From assembly GCA_016794805.1 (NCBI GenBank), contig JAEUJI010000323.1:1-50823 (forward strand): a stretch of 50,823 bases of DNA, given 5' to 3'. The position numbers and the translations under genes were made by a program. This document shows, piece by piece, positions 21,320-30,148 of the stretch. Source of the DNA: Gemmatimonadota bacterium (lineage in GTDB: Bacteria; Gemmatimonadota; Gemmatimonadetes; Gemmatimonadales; GWC2-71-9). The notes under the pieces were generated by a model. That model was not told where the DNA came from, searched no databases, and was given only the letters and a program-made list of their open reading frames with translations. Within the stretch, counting starts at the first letter, position 1; the number at the start of each line of letters is the position of its first letter.

Positions 21320-22555
21320 ATGACGGCTGAAGCCGACCCGCGCGCCATCGTCGTGGTCGGTGCCGGCGCTGCCGGCCTCATGGCCGCGGCGCACGCCGCG
21401 CCCTCCGGCCGCCCCGTGGTGCTGGTAGAGGGGACGCCGGACGGGGGGCGGAAGGTCCTCATCAGCGGCGGCGGGCGCTGCAACATCCTGCCCTCCCACC
21501 TCGAGCCGGCGCGCTTCGTGTCGGAGTCGCCACCGCACCTGGTGCGGCGGCTGCTCGCCGCCTGGCCACTCCGGGACCAGCGGCAGTACTTCGAGCTGGA
21601 CCTGGCCATCCGCCTGGTGCGGGAACCGGAAACCGGCAAGCTCTTTCCAGCCTCGAACCGGGCCCGGGAGGTACGGGACCGGCTGGTCACCGCCGCGCGG
21701 GAGCGGGGCGTCCAATGTCGCTTCGGCCGTCGGGTGCTGGGGGTGACGGGTGGGGAGGGCCGCTGGGAGGTTCGGCTCGATGGCGGTGAGGTGATCGCGG
21801 CGCGGGCGGTGGTGATCACCACCGGCGGCCTCTCGGTTCCGGCCACCGGCAGCGACGGCTTCGGATTGAACCTCGCACGGGAGCTGGGACACCGGGTGGA
21901 ACCCACCTACCCGGCGCTGACGCCGCTCCTGGCCGGCACAGCCCCTCACGTGGCACTGGCCGGCGTCACGGTCACCGCGATCCTCGAGGCCCGGGGCGGG
22001 GGCCTCACCGCCACGGCTCGGGATGGATTCCTCTTCACCCACCGCGGCTACAGCGGCCCGGCGGTGCTCGACGTCTCCCATGTTGTGACCCGGCATCGGG
22101 ACGGCCCCGATCGGGCCCGGATCCGGGTGCAGTGGTGCGGCGTGGACGCCGCCGCGTGGGAGGCGCGCCTCACCACCCGTTCTCCCCAGCAGGTGGCGAC
22201 GGTCCTGCGGGAGGAACTTCCTGCCCGCCTCGTGGAGCGGCTGCTGCTCGAGAGTGGAGTGCCGGCCGATACCCAGCTTGCGCAGCTGCCCCGCGAAGCC
22301 CGGCGGGCGCTGGTCGAGCGACTCTGCCGGTACGAACTACCCTGGACCTCGGATGAAGGGTACAAGAAGGCAGAGGTCACCGGCGGCGGAGTGGCGCTGG
22401 GGGAGGTGGAGCCGGCCACGCTGGAGAGCCGTCGGGCGCCGGGGATCTACTTCGCCGGTGAGGTGCTGGATGCCTTCGGGCCGATCGGGGGGTACAACTT
22501 TGCCTGGGCCTGGGTGACGGGCCGGTCCGCGGGGCTGGCCGCCGCCAGGAAATGA
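21320..22555 (+). CDS. HI0933/YhiN/BaiN-family flavoprotein oxidoreductase
   Basis: VGAGAAGLMAA, GRKVLISGGGRCN, FLFTHRGYSGP, VTGGGV, YFAGEVLD..GPIGGYNF. Confidence 0.92.
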   Translation: MTAEADPRAIVVVGAGAAGLMAAAHAAPSGRPVVLVEGTPDGGRKVLISGGGRCNILPSHLEPARFVSESPPHLVRRLLAAWPLRDQRQYFELDLAIRLVREPETGKLFPASNRAREVRDRLVTAARERGVQCRFGRRVLGVTGGEGRWEVRLDGGEVIAARAVVITTGGLSVPATGSDGFGLNLARELGHRVEPTYPALTPLLAGTAPHVALAGVTVTAILEARGGGLTATARDGFLFTHRGYSGPAVLDVSHVVTRHRDGPDRARIRVQWCGVDAAAWEARLTTRSPQQVATVLREELPARLVERLLLESGVPADTQLAQLPREARRALVERLCRYELPWTSDEGYKKAEVTGGGVALGEVEPATLESRRAPGIYFAGEVLDAFGPIGGYNFAWAWVTGRSAGLAAARK

Positions 22556-22585
22556 CGCGGGGCGGACCGGATGGCCCGCCCCGCG
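22556..22585. terminator. Hairpin between convergent genes (probable bidirectional terminator)
   Basis: Perfect 10-bp stem CGCGGGGCGG...CCGCCCCGCG starting right after the TGA. Confidence 0.6.
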
Positions 22586-22615
22586 CCGGAGCGACTACGG
22601 GAGGTTCCGCCCGGC

Positions 22616-23158
22616 TTACTTGAAGCCGAACGACACGCCGACCGTCAGCGGAATGAAGGTGGTGCTGCTGCCGCTGGTGGACACCGAGAGGTACCGGCTT
22701 TCGACGAAGATGTTCGCATCGCTGCCCGCCTTGAACTTCAGGCCGGCGCCGCCGCCGAACGCGACCTTGGACTCGCTGATGCTCCCGCCGCCGCCCTCAG
22801 CCTTGACCTGGAAGTACCCCACGCCACCCAGGATGTACGGCTTGAGCCCGCTGCCGGTCTTGATGTCGTAGGTCACGCTGCCCATGCCGCCGGCGAGCTT
22901 GAACTTCGCGTCGACATTCGCGTCGACCTTGTTCTGTCCGTAGAAGAACTCGCCGCGGAACCCGAGCCCCGACGGAAGCCCATAGCCCAGGTGGGCCGTG
23001 CCGTGCCAGCCGAGCTTGGCCGCGTCGCCAAAATCGCCCAGCGGCACCGTGAGTCCACCGCCCACGCCGGCGCTCACCTTGGACTGGGCGCTCAGTGAGC
23101 TGGTGGCTGCCTGCGCGGCAAGGGCGACGGCGAACAGGGAAAGCACAAGGCGCTTCAT
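22616..23158 (-). CDS. Outer membrane beta-barrel protein (8-stranded OmpA/OmpW-like)
   Basis: GAGGAG RBS, signal peptide, alternating strands, KPYILGGVG, IFVESRY, C-terminal VSFGFK. Confidence 0.85.
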   Translation of the reverse strand: MKRLVLSLFAVALAAQAATSSLSAQSKVSAGVGGGLTVPLGDFGDAAKLGWHGTAHLGYGLPSGLGFRGEFFYGQNKVDANVDAKFKLAGGMGSVTYDIKTGSGLKPYILGGVGYFQVKAEGGGGSISESKVAFGGGAGLKFKAGSDANIFVESRYLSVSTSGSSTTFIPLTVGVSFGFK

Positions 23159-23237
23159 GGTCCTGCTCCTCTGTGGAATTCACCCGCACGTTCAGCCACC
23201 ACGGCTGGCGGTCAGGTCGGTGGAATCTAGCCTACTG

Positions 23238-23780
23238 TCAGAATCCGCCGAAAGTTACGCCCGCCATGACCGGCGCAAACTGCGGTTTCTGACCATCGGT
23301 GTAGACATTGACGTATCGGGCCTCCGCGTATAATGCGACCGCCCGGCCCCCGAAGGAGAATCCCGCGCCCGCGTTGATCGCGGGATTGGTGTCGCTCACG
23401 TCCCCGAAGTTGGGGCTCGAGGTCGTGGTCTTGAGGTACCCGCCACCCCCGAAGACATAGAACCGGTTGGGCGAGCGCCTGGCCCCGAACTGGAACACCA
23501 GGCTGGCGAGCCCGCCGGCCTGGGTCTGGCGTCCCGAGATCGCCGAGAGGCTGTTGCGGGCGTACAGCCCGTCGAGCCGCAGGCCGAGGGAGGCGCTCGC
23601 CGCCGGGAAGAACGAGAGGCTGGCGTTGCCCATCCAGCCCCGATCCACGACATCGCCATAGCCACGAAGGGGAACGGTGACGCCGCCACCGAGGCCGAGG
23701 CGGATATCACCCTGGGCGTGGGCGGTGGTGGGCAGCAGCAGCAGGAACAGGAGGGCAGCCCGGGGGAAGCGGGGGCGCAT
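23238..23780 (-). CDS. Outer membrane beta-barrel protein, paralog of 22616-23158
   Basis: Signal peptide (AHA-Q), GLGGGVTVP, FYVFGGGG, LYAEARY, C-terminal Phe. Confidence 0.82.
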   Translation of the reverse strand: MRPRFPRAALLFLLLLPTTAHAQGDIRLGLGGGVTVPLRGYGDVVDRGWMGNASLSFFPAASASLGLRLDGLYARNSLSAISGRQTQAGGLASLVFQFGARRSPNRFYVFGGGGYLKTTTSSPNFGDVSDTNPAINAGAGFSFGGRAVALYAEARYVNVYTDGQKPQFAPVMAGVTFGGF

Positions 23781-23880
23781 GGTACACCTCGGTAGAGGAG
23801 TCGAGGATACCACGGTGCCGGGACGGGAGGAGTGCCGCCGTAACCGGAGTCACAATGCGGCGTGGATCACCAGCGGCGGA

Positions 23881-24915
23881 CTACTGGACCCGTTGCACCA
23901 GGCGCTTGAGAGAGTCCACTGGGGCTTGGGCCACCACCGAGATGCGGTATCCCTCCTCATCCAGCCAGGTCGCAACGCTCACACCGGTGGATGAGGTGCC
24001 GTAGGCGGTCTCGCCATTCTCGAGCGCCGGATCATCAATGGGCCGGAAGCCGGAAGAATCGGCGGGGATGAGCTGCTGGTCCACCAGGATCCGCCCGCCA
24101 TCCGGCGCCCGGTACACCACGCGCACCACGTCGAGCCCCCGCTGGGCCCCGGGGACGGCGGAGGCCGGCCCAATCTCCACGTGGTCCGGCTCGAGTCCAT
24201 TGAGCAGGCGCAGGCGCCCGCCCAGCCGGAGGCTCGCCTCGCCGCTGCCAACGGCGCGGAACCGGGGGGAGACCGGAATGGAGGCGCTGGAGGTGGCGGC
24301 CGGATTCGGCGTGGTCGCGGGGGTGGGCGCAGGCGCGCTCGGCCGCGTCGAGGTGTTCGGCGCGGTCCGGGCGCCGGCCGGGGGGTTGACCCGGACGGGG
24401 TCGGGTCGCGGGCTGGCATTGCGCGCCGCCTGCGCGTCGGACGCGGGAGGCGGCGCCGCCGAAGGACCGGTGGCTGGCACGGGTGCGGTGGTCGCGCCGG
24501 CCGCAATGCCATCGCGTCGCTGCGGTGCCGGGGGGGCGCCCCGACCTTCCCGCGACGCGACGGCCATGCCCTCGTTGGGCTGGCGGAGGCGGCTCGCCCC
24601 ATAGCCCACCACCAGCGCCAGGATCACTGCCGCTACCCAGAGGAGCGTGGTGATGTCCGGGGCCCAGTTGCGTTCCTGGACGTCATCGGTGGGAAGGAGC
24701 ACCAGCCCCCCGGGCGTCACGGTCGCGGCCGGGCCGGCCTCGTGCGCCAGGTCAGGGAAGTGCTCATCGACTTCGCGGTAGTTGTCGCGCCACTCCTCCA
24801 GCCGCCGGGCGCAGGCGCGACAGGACTCGGCGTGGCGCTTGATCCGCGTCACCTCGCCGCCGCTGGCGCTCCCGTCAATCAGCTTTTCTAGCAGCCGGTC
24901 GTTCAAGTGGAACAT
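23881..24915 (-). CDS. Zinc-finger (ZAS/zf-HC2) transmembrane anti-sigma-like protein, copy 2
   Basis: MFHL...HAESCRAC (HxxxCxxC), one TM, Pro/Ala linker, C-terminal domain shared with the adjacent paralog. Confidence 0.78.
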   Translation of the reverse strand: MFHLNDRLLEKLIDGSASGGEVTRIKRHAESCRACARRLEEWRDNYREVDEHFPDLAHEAGPAATVTPGGLVLLPTDDVQERNWAPDITTLLWVAAVILALVVGYGASRLRQPNEGMAVASREGRGAPPAPQRRDGIAAGATTAPVPATGPSAAPPPASDAQAARNASPRPDPVRVNPPAGARTAPNTSTRPSAPAPTPATTPNPAATSSASIPVSPRFRAVGSGEASLRLGGRLRLLNGLEPDHVEIGPASAVPGAQRGLDVVRVVYRAPDGGRILVDQQLIPADSSGFRPIDDPALENGETAYGTSSTGVSVATWLDEEGYRISVVAQAPVDSLKRLVQRVQ

Positions 24916-24952
24916 GCCGAACAATCTACCTTCCAGGTCCAGCCGACGCAGG

Positions 24953-26029
24953 TTACCGGACGCGCTGCAGCAATCCCCGCAGCGAATCGGTGGGCAGAAA
25001 ACCCGTAAGCGCAAGTCGGAAGCCGTGTTGATCCAGCCACCGTACGCTCTGCATACCCTGGGCCGGGACCGTCAGGACGGTGTCACCCGGGAGCAGGGCT
25101 GCCGCCCCCACCCCGGCCGCTGAGCGCTCCTCAGCCTGGGTACGCTGCTGATCCAGCCACAACTCCCGGCCCGGCGGATCTTCGTACACCACACGCACCA
25201 CGGGGATGCCCGGTTCCGCTCCGGGGACGATGGACCCCGGGCCGGTGAGCACCCGCTCCGGCTTGAGTCCATCCAACAGACGGATGGTCCCCCCGAGGAT
25301 TCTCACCGCCCGCTCCATGGTGACGGGCTGGAACCCCATGTCGGTCAATCGGTTACCAGACTTTGCGGAGCTCGCCGACTGGTCCGCCGCTGCCAGTGTC
25401 CCGATGGGTGGTGCCGCCACGACGGTCGGTGCCGGGGAAGGGTCGGGAGTCGGCGTCCGGGCTCGGAGGTCTGCCATCTCTTCGCGAGTGGCGTCGGGGG
25501 CCTGAAGCGTCCGCTCCCCGTCGCGCCGCGGCGCCGCTTCCAGGGTGTTCTGCCGGGCAAGCTCAGCCGGAGGCCCTGCGGCGGGGGCGGTCGTGGGTGC
25601 CGCAGGGGCAATGAGCCCGGTCGTGGCAGCCGCGCCCGAGTCGAGGCCAGCGGGCGTGGCGCCGCCGGGCTCCTTGCTGCTGGCGACGTCAGTCGGGATG
25701 GCCTGTCGGTCCATCCCACGCACCAGGTATCCGAGGCCCAGGGCGGCCACCAGGGTGGCGGCCCATCCGAGCGTCCGCCACGGCAAGGGGCGACGGGTGG
25801 CCACGGCGCCCGCGCCCCTGGGCTGCACCGATGGAAGCGGCGCCGGCTGCCGCGGCAGCTCGATGCCCGTGACCAGGGCATCCGCCTCCACGGAATACGC
25901 CCTGATCTCGTCATACAGGCCGCGACAGTCGGCACAGGCGGCGAGGTGGGCCTCGGCCTCCCGACGGGCGCTGGCGGTGAGTTCCCCGTCCAGCAGGCTG
26001 GTCAGCTGTCCTTCATCAAGATGCGACAT
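24953..26029 (-). CDS. Zinc-finger (ZAS/zf-HC2) transmembrane anti-sigma factor, copy 1
   Basis: MSHLDEGQLTSLLDGEL...HLAACADC, TM WAATLVAALGLG; start overlaps the ECF sigma 3' end. Confidence 0.85.
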   Translation of the reverse strand: MSHLDEGQLTSLLDGELTASARREAEAHLAACADCRGLYDEIRAYSVEADALVTGIELPRQPAPLPSVQPRGAGAVATRRPLPWRTLGWAATLVAALGLGYLVRGMDRQAIPTDVASSKEPGGATPAGLDSGAAATTGLIAPAAPTTAPAAGPPAELARQNTLEAAPRRDGERTLQAPDATREEMADLRARTPTPDPSPAPTVVAAPPIGTLAAADQSASSAKSGNRLTDMGFQPVTMERAVRILGGTIRLLDGLKPERVLTGPGSIVPGAEPGIPVVRVVYEDPPGRELWLDQQRTQAEERSAAGVGAAALLPGDTVLTVPAQGMQSVRWLDQHGFRLALTGFLPTDSLRGLLQRVR

Positions 26030-26519
26030 GGCGGTCCTTCCCCTGCGCGCGGTATGCCTCCACCAGGCGCTTGCGCGCCCGGCAGATCGTGGTTCCGATC
26101 GCGCCCTTGGCGAGCCCGGTGGCGGCCGCGATTTCGTCGTAGTCGAAGCCCTCGGCCTTGAGCAGCAGCACCTCGCGGTCGAGGTCCCGCAGTTCGGTGA
26201 GGGCGGCCTGCACGGCCTTGGTCTTCTCGTTCCGTTCGAAGTCCTCGTCGGGTGGTCCGGCGCTGGTGGCGCTCTCTCCCTTGAGCAGCTGCAGCCGGCG
26301 GCCCTGCCGCACCGCCCGCCGGCCGTCGTCACGCACCAGGTTGAGCGCCACCGCAAACAGCCAGGGCCGGGGATTGTCCGGCGGGGCGGCGAGCGCGCGG
26401 GCGAACACCTCCGCCGCCAGGTCCTCGGCCCGGTCCTGGTCGCCCGTGCGGCGGTAGAGCATCCGCACGAGCGGCTGGTGGAACTGGGCGAACAGCTCTT
26501 CGATCGGCACGTGAGTCAT
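26016..26519 (-). CDS. ECF RNA polymerase sigma factor
   Basis: RAEDLAAEVF, WLFAVALNLVRD, REVLLLKAEGFDYDEIA...IGTTICRARKRL. Confidence 0.9.
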   Translation of the reverse strand: MTHVPIEELFAQFHQPLVRMLYRRTGDQDRAEDLAAEVFARALAAPPDNPRPWLFAVALNLVRDDGRRAVRQGRRLQLLKGESATSAGPPDEDFERNEKTKAVQAALTELRDLDREVLLLKAEGFDYDEIAAATGLAKGAIGTTICRARKRLVEAYRAQGKDRHVAS

Positions 26520-26522
26520 CGG

Positions 26523-28694
26523 TTACCCGCGGAAATCCCGCACGAAGGCCCGCACTTCGGCCTCGCTCAGCGTCGCCTTGCCGCCGCCGCCGATGCGGAG
26601 GCTGGCCTTGCGCCCGGCGATCACCAGTTCATCTCCCACGCCCAGACTGCCCGCCAGTTCCGGGAGCGCCCGGGTCACGGCGAAGTACGCCGCGCTGTAC
26701 GGGGCGATGCTGAGCACCCGGAGGCTATCGCTGTGGCCGACGTCCGTCCAGACACCCTGCACCAGGTTGAACACCCGTCCCCCTGCGCGCCGCACATCGC
26801 GGCTCGAGCCGGAGAGCACTTCCAGCCGTGCGTCCGCCGCCTGGTCCGCGGCCGCGAGCGTGGTGGCGCGGGAGAGCTCGCCACTCGCCTTGGCTGCCTC
26901 GAAGGCCCGCAGCCCGGTCTGCGCCGAGGGGGCCGTGGCCGGCAGGGCGTTGCCCGCGCCGAGTGGGCCCTGGCCATCCTGCCGCTGCGCGACGACACCG
27001 GGTTCCTGCACCAGGTACGAGGTGTACTCGGTGAGGATGCCATGCCGCAGGCCGAGCTGGCGGATCTCGCCGATCAGGGCCTCGCTGCTGCCTTCGAGAC
27101 GCAGTTGCCGGTTGAGATCACCGATCCGGCGGGCGGCCCACAGCCGGGCGATGAAGCCGTTCCGGTCCTCGGTGGCCGGGAACACGGCCTGCGCGGTGAA
27201 GCGCTCACGCCGGCCGTTCCGCTCCCCCTCGAACACCACGACGCCGCTGCCCTGCCCGCGGTACCGGCCGAAGAGCACCAGTTCCTCGCCATAGAAGAGA
27301 TCGGGCAACTGGGCCGGCGAGAGGTCACGGAAGGTGACCGGGCTCTCGACCAGGCGCAGGTTCACCAGTGCGGGGCGCCGGAGCTTGCCCATCAGGTTGC
27401 CCATCGCCACCTCGACGTCGCCCTCGGGCGGCACGTACTCGGCGGTGCCGCGGCCTTCCCTGGCGAGGCGGTCGAGCAGGTAGGTGTTGACGTCGTGACC
27501 GACGCCCACGGTGAACACGCGAGCCCGTCCGATCCGGCTGGCCGCCATGGCCGCGATGCGATCGGGCTGCGACTCCCCGACCGAGGGGATGCCATCGGTC
27601 ATGAAGAGGACCAGCGGGAGCCGTCCCTCCGGCACGGCGGTGCCAAGCACCGCCTCGAGCGCGCCGGCGATGTTGGTGCCGCCGTCGGCGTTGAGCCGGT
27701 CCACGAACGCGGTCGCCTCACGCAGGACGTCGGGGGTGGCGGGGGCCCAGCCATCGCGGAAGTGCGTGATACCGGAACTGAACGCCACCAGCCGGAAACG
27801 GTCGCCCCGGTGCAGGGTGCCGAGCGCCTGCCGGATTGCCGCCTTGGCCTGTTCCAGCTTGGTGCCGGACATGGAGCCGGAGACATCCACCACGAAGGCC
27901 ACGTCCCGGGGTACCACGGAGCCGGCCTCGGACTCCGCCGGTGAGAGGAGGAGCATGGCGTAGCCGTCCTCGCCGCCGGGGGCGTGCGCCAGCACGCTGG
28001 TGCCGATGAGTCCGCGCCGGAGCGGCAGCAGGATCTCGATGTCGCCACCGGTCCGCGGATCCACCCGCAGCTCCAGACGGCCGCCGTCGCGCCGGACGGT
28101 CAGGGGATGGGTCGGGGAGTAGGGGGCGCCGTAGGCGTCCTGATCGGCCGCGGAGAGCTGCCAGCTGCCGGCCTCGCCGCCCCGGGTGCCCAGCGCGTAG
28201 CGGACCCGGAGGGCGTCACCCGCCCGGTCGAGGAGCTGGGTGTAGCGCAACACCACCTTCCGGGTCTCGCCCGGCTGGATTGGAAAGACCTGGGCCCGGA
28301 CCAGGCCATGGCCGGCGAGGGTGAGCAGGGCCGGGTCCTTCTGGCGCCGCACGATCTCCTCGTAGATCCCGCGAGCCTGATCGGCGTTCAGCATCTCGCC
28401 CTTGAGCTCCTGGTCTCCCATCCAGAGGGAGAAGTTCTGGAACACCGCCTCGCCGGGCAGCGGATAGAGGTAGCTGCCCTCGGCGATGGCGCCGCCCTGA
28501 TTCTGGAAGCGTTCCTCCACTTCCACCCGGGCGACCCGGCCTTCGATGACGGTGCGGACTTCGGAACCCACCCGGACGACGGCGGCGGGGGTGCGAATGG
28601 CAACACGGGGACGTTCGATGTCAATCCAGCCCTGGGCGGTCGCCGGGGTGGACGCGAGCGCGAGCGCGAAGGCGCTCAGGAGCAAGTGACGCAT
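26523..28694 (-). CDS. Secreted VIT + von Willebrand factor A domain protein
   Basis: Signal peptide (ATA-Q), VIT (EGSYLYPLP, DPALL, VFPIQPG), intact MIDAS DVSGSM/GGTN/MTDG. Confidence 0.9.
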   Translation of the reverse strand: MRHLLLSAFALALASTPATAQGWIDIERPRVAIRTPAAVVRVGSEVRTVIEGRVARVEVEERFQNQGGAIAEGSYLYPLPGEAVFQNFSLWMGDQELKGEMLNADQARGIYEEIVRRQKDPALLTLAGHGLVRAQVFPIQPGETRKVVLRYTQLLDRAGDALRVRYALGTRGGEAGSWQLSAADQDAYGAPYSPTHPLTVRRDGGRLELRVDPRTGGDIEILLPLRRGLIGTSVLAHAPGGEDGYAMLLLSPAESEAGSVVPRDVAFVVDVSGSMSGTKLEQAKAAIRQALGTLHRGDRFRLVAFSSGITHFRDGWAPATPDVLREATAFVDRLNADGGTNIAGALEAVLGTAVPEGRLPLVLFMTDGIPSVGESQPDRIAAMAASRIGRARVFTVGVGHDVNTYLLDRLAREGRGTAEYVPPEGDVEVAMGNLMGKLRRPALVNLRLVESPVTFRDLSPAQLPDLFYGEELVLFGRYRGQGSGVVVFEGERNGRRERFTAQAVFPATEDRNGFIARLWAARRIGDLNRQLRLEGSSEALIGEIRQLGLRHGILTEYTSYLVQEPGVVAQRQDGQGPLGAGNALPATAPSAQTGLRAFEAAKASGELSRATTLAAADQAADARLEVLSGSSRDVRRAGGRVFNLVQGVWTDVGHSDSLRVLSIAPYSAAYFAVTRALPELAGSLGVGDELVIAGRKASLRIGGGGKATLSEAEVRAFVRDFRG

Positions 28695-28881
28695 GGATCC
28701 CTCATTGGCTTCAGGAGTCGGCCGGGGGATGCGCCGGGGGCCCACACTTGCACGGCGGGGCTGGACGGGGGGCGCGCGGAGAACAACGGGCGACCACAAG
28801 GGTCGCCCTTACTCGGGCGGTGGGGGACGGCGCCGGTGGGTGCCCTTACGCGTCGGAGGGGGCGGGACCTATCCTATGGGC

Positions 28882-29394
28882 ATGGCGACCATCAGCGTGC
28901 GGCGGACCTACCTGGAGATGACCTCGCCGGCCCAGCTCCTGGCCGAAGGGACGGCGAGCCCGGGCGTCCGCCTGGAGGAGATTCACGACTGCCCCTGGCA
29001 CTTCTACCGCTACCTCTATGCGGAAGTGGGGCGACAGTATCACTGGCGGGACCGCCTGCCGTGGACCGAGGCGCAGTTCCGGGACTGGCTCGCCGGTCCG
29101 AGCACGATCTGGCTGCTCTCGGTGCGGGGCGCTCCCGCGGCGTACTTCGAGCTCCGGGGACAGGACGACGGTTCGGTGGAGATCTGCTACTTCGGAGTGC
29201 TGCCGGAGTACCAGGGGCGGGGGCTCGGCAAGTACCTGCTGACCCGCGCGGTGGAAGAGGGGTGGCGGCGGGGGGCGAATCGGGTGTGGCTGCACACCTG
29301 TACGCTGGATCATCCCGGGGCGCTGCCCAACTACCTCAAGCGCGGCTTCCGGGCGGTGCGTGAAGAATCCTACCTGGCCGACCTGCCTGACTGA
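28882..29394 (+). CDS. GNAT-family N-acetyltransferase
   Basis: YFGVLPEYQGRGLGK motif A, VWLHTCTLDHPGALPNYLKRGF; TATCCT 6 nt before ATG. Confidence 0.88.
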   Translation: MATISVRRTYLEMTSPAQLLAEGTASPGVRLEEIHDCPWHFYRYLYAEVGRQYHWRDRLPWTEAQFRDWLAGPSTIWLLSVRGAPAAYFELRGQDDGSVEICYFGVLPEYQGRGLGKYLLTRAVEEGWRRGANRVWLHTCTLDHPGALPNYLKRGFRAVREESYLADLPD

Positions 29395-29422
29395 TCCCTG
29401 ACAGCGCCCCCGAGCGGGGGGG

Positions 29423-30148
29423 CTACGCCTGGCTCGAGGGACAGAGGTCGCGAAGGACGCAGTCCCCGCACCGCGGCCGCCGGGCAATGCACACCGCGCG
29501 GCCGTGGAGGATCAGCAGGTGAGACACAAGGGTCCAGTCGGCACGGGGGACCAGGTGCATGAGGTCCTGCTCGATCTTCACGGGGTCCGTGTTCCGAGTC
29601 AGGCGGAGCAGGCCTGAGAGCCGGGTCACATGGGTGTCCACCGTGACCCCCTCGTTGATGCCGAAGGCATTCCCGAGCACCACGTTTGCGGTCTTCCGGC
29701 CCACGCCCGGCAGGGCATGCAGTTCCGCCATGGTGCGGGGGATTTCGCCGCCGTGGCCGGTCATGACCGCCTGCGCCATCGCGATCAGGTTCTTCGCCTT
29801 GTTGCGGAAGAAGCCGGTAGACTGGACCAGCCGCTCGACGTCCGGCTGGCGGGCCCGGGCGAGCGCGGCGGGGCCGGGATATGCCGCGAACAGCGCCGGC
29901 GTCACCAGGTTCACCCGGGCGTCGGTGCACTGGGCGCTCAGGATCGTGGCCACCAGCAGCTGGTAGGCGTCGGCGTGGTCCAGGGCGCAGTGCGCGTCGG
30001 GATAGGCCTGCTTGAGCCGTCCCAGGATCTCCGGGGCGCGGGCGGTCGCGGGCGGGAGCTTTGGTGGCCTGATCCGGGCTGGCCTCGCGCTGCGAGCACC
30101 GGGGCCCGGGCGACCGCGAGGGGCGCCTTTCCGCGGGCGGCCGGTCAT
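29423..30148 (-). CDS. nth: Endonuclease III
   Basis: LLVATILSAQCTD, HhH LPGVGRKTANV, VDTHV, [4Fe-4S] CIARRPRCGDCVLRDLC. Confidence 0.95.
   Translation of the reverse strand: MTGRPRKGAPRGRPGPGARSARPARIRPPKLPPATARAPEILGRLKQAYPDAHCALDHADAYQLLVATILSAQCTDARVNLVTPALFAAYPGPAALARARQPDVERLVQSTGFFRNKAKNLIAMAQAVMTGHGGEIPRTMAELHALPGVGRKTANVVLGNAFGINEGVTVDTHVTRLSGLLRLTRNTDPVKIEQDLMHLVPRADWTLVSHLLILHGRAVCIARRPRCGDCVLRDLCPSSQA

Noticed and set aside
21208-21906. 233-aa N-terminal extension of tryptophanase
   Set aside because: Overlaps the flavoprotein gene antisense; the family start is MQTIIEPF at 21207.
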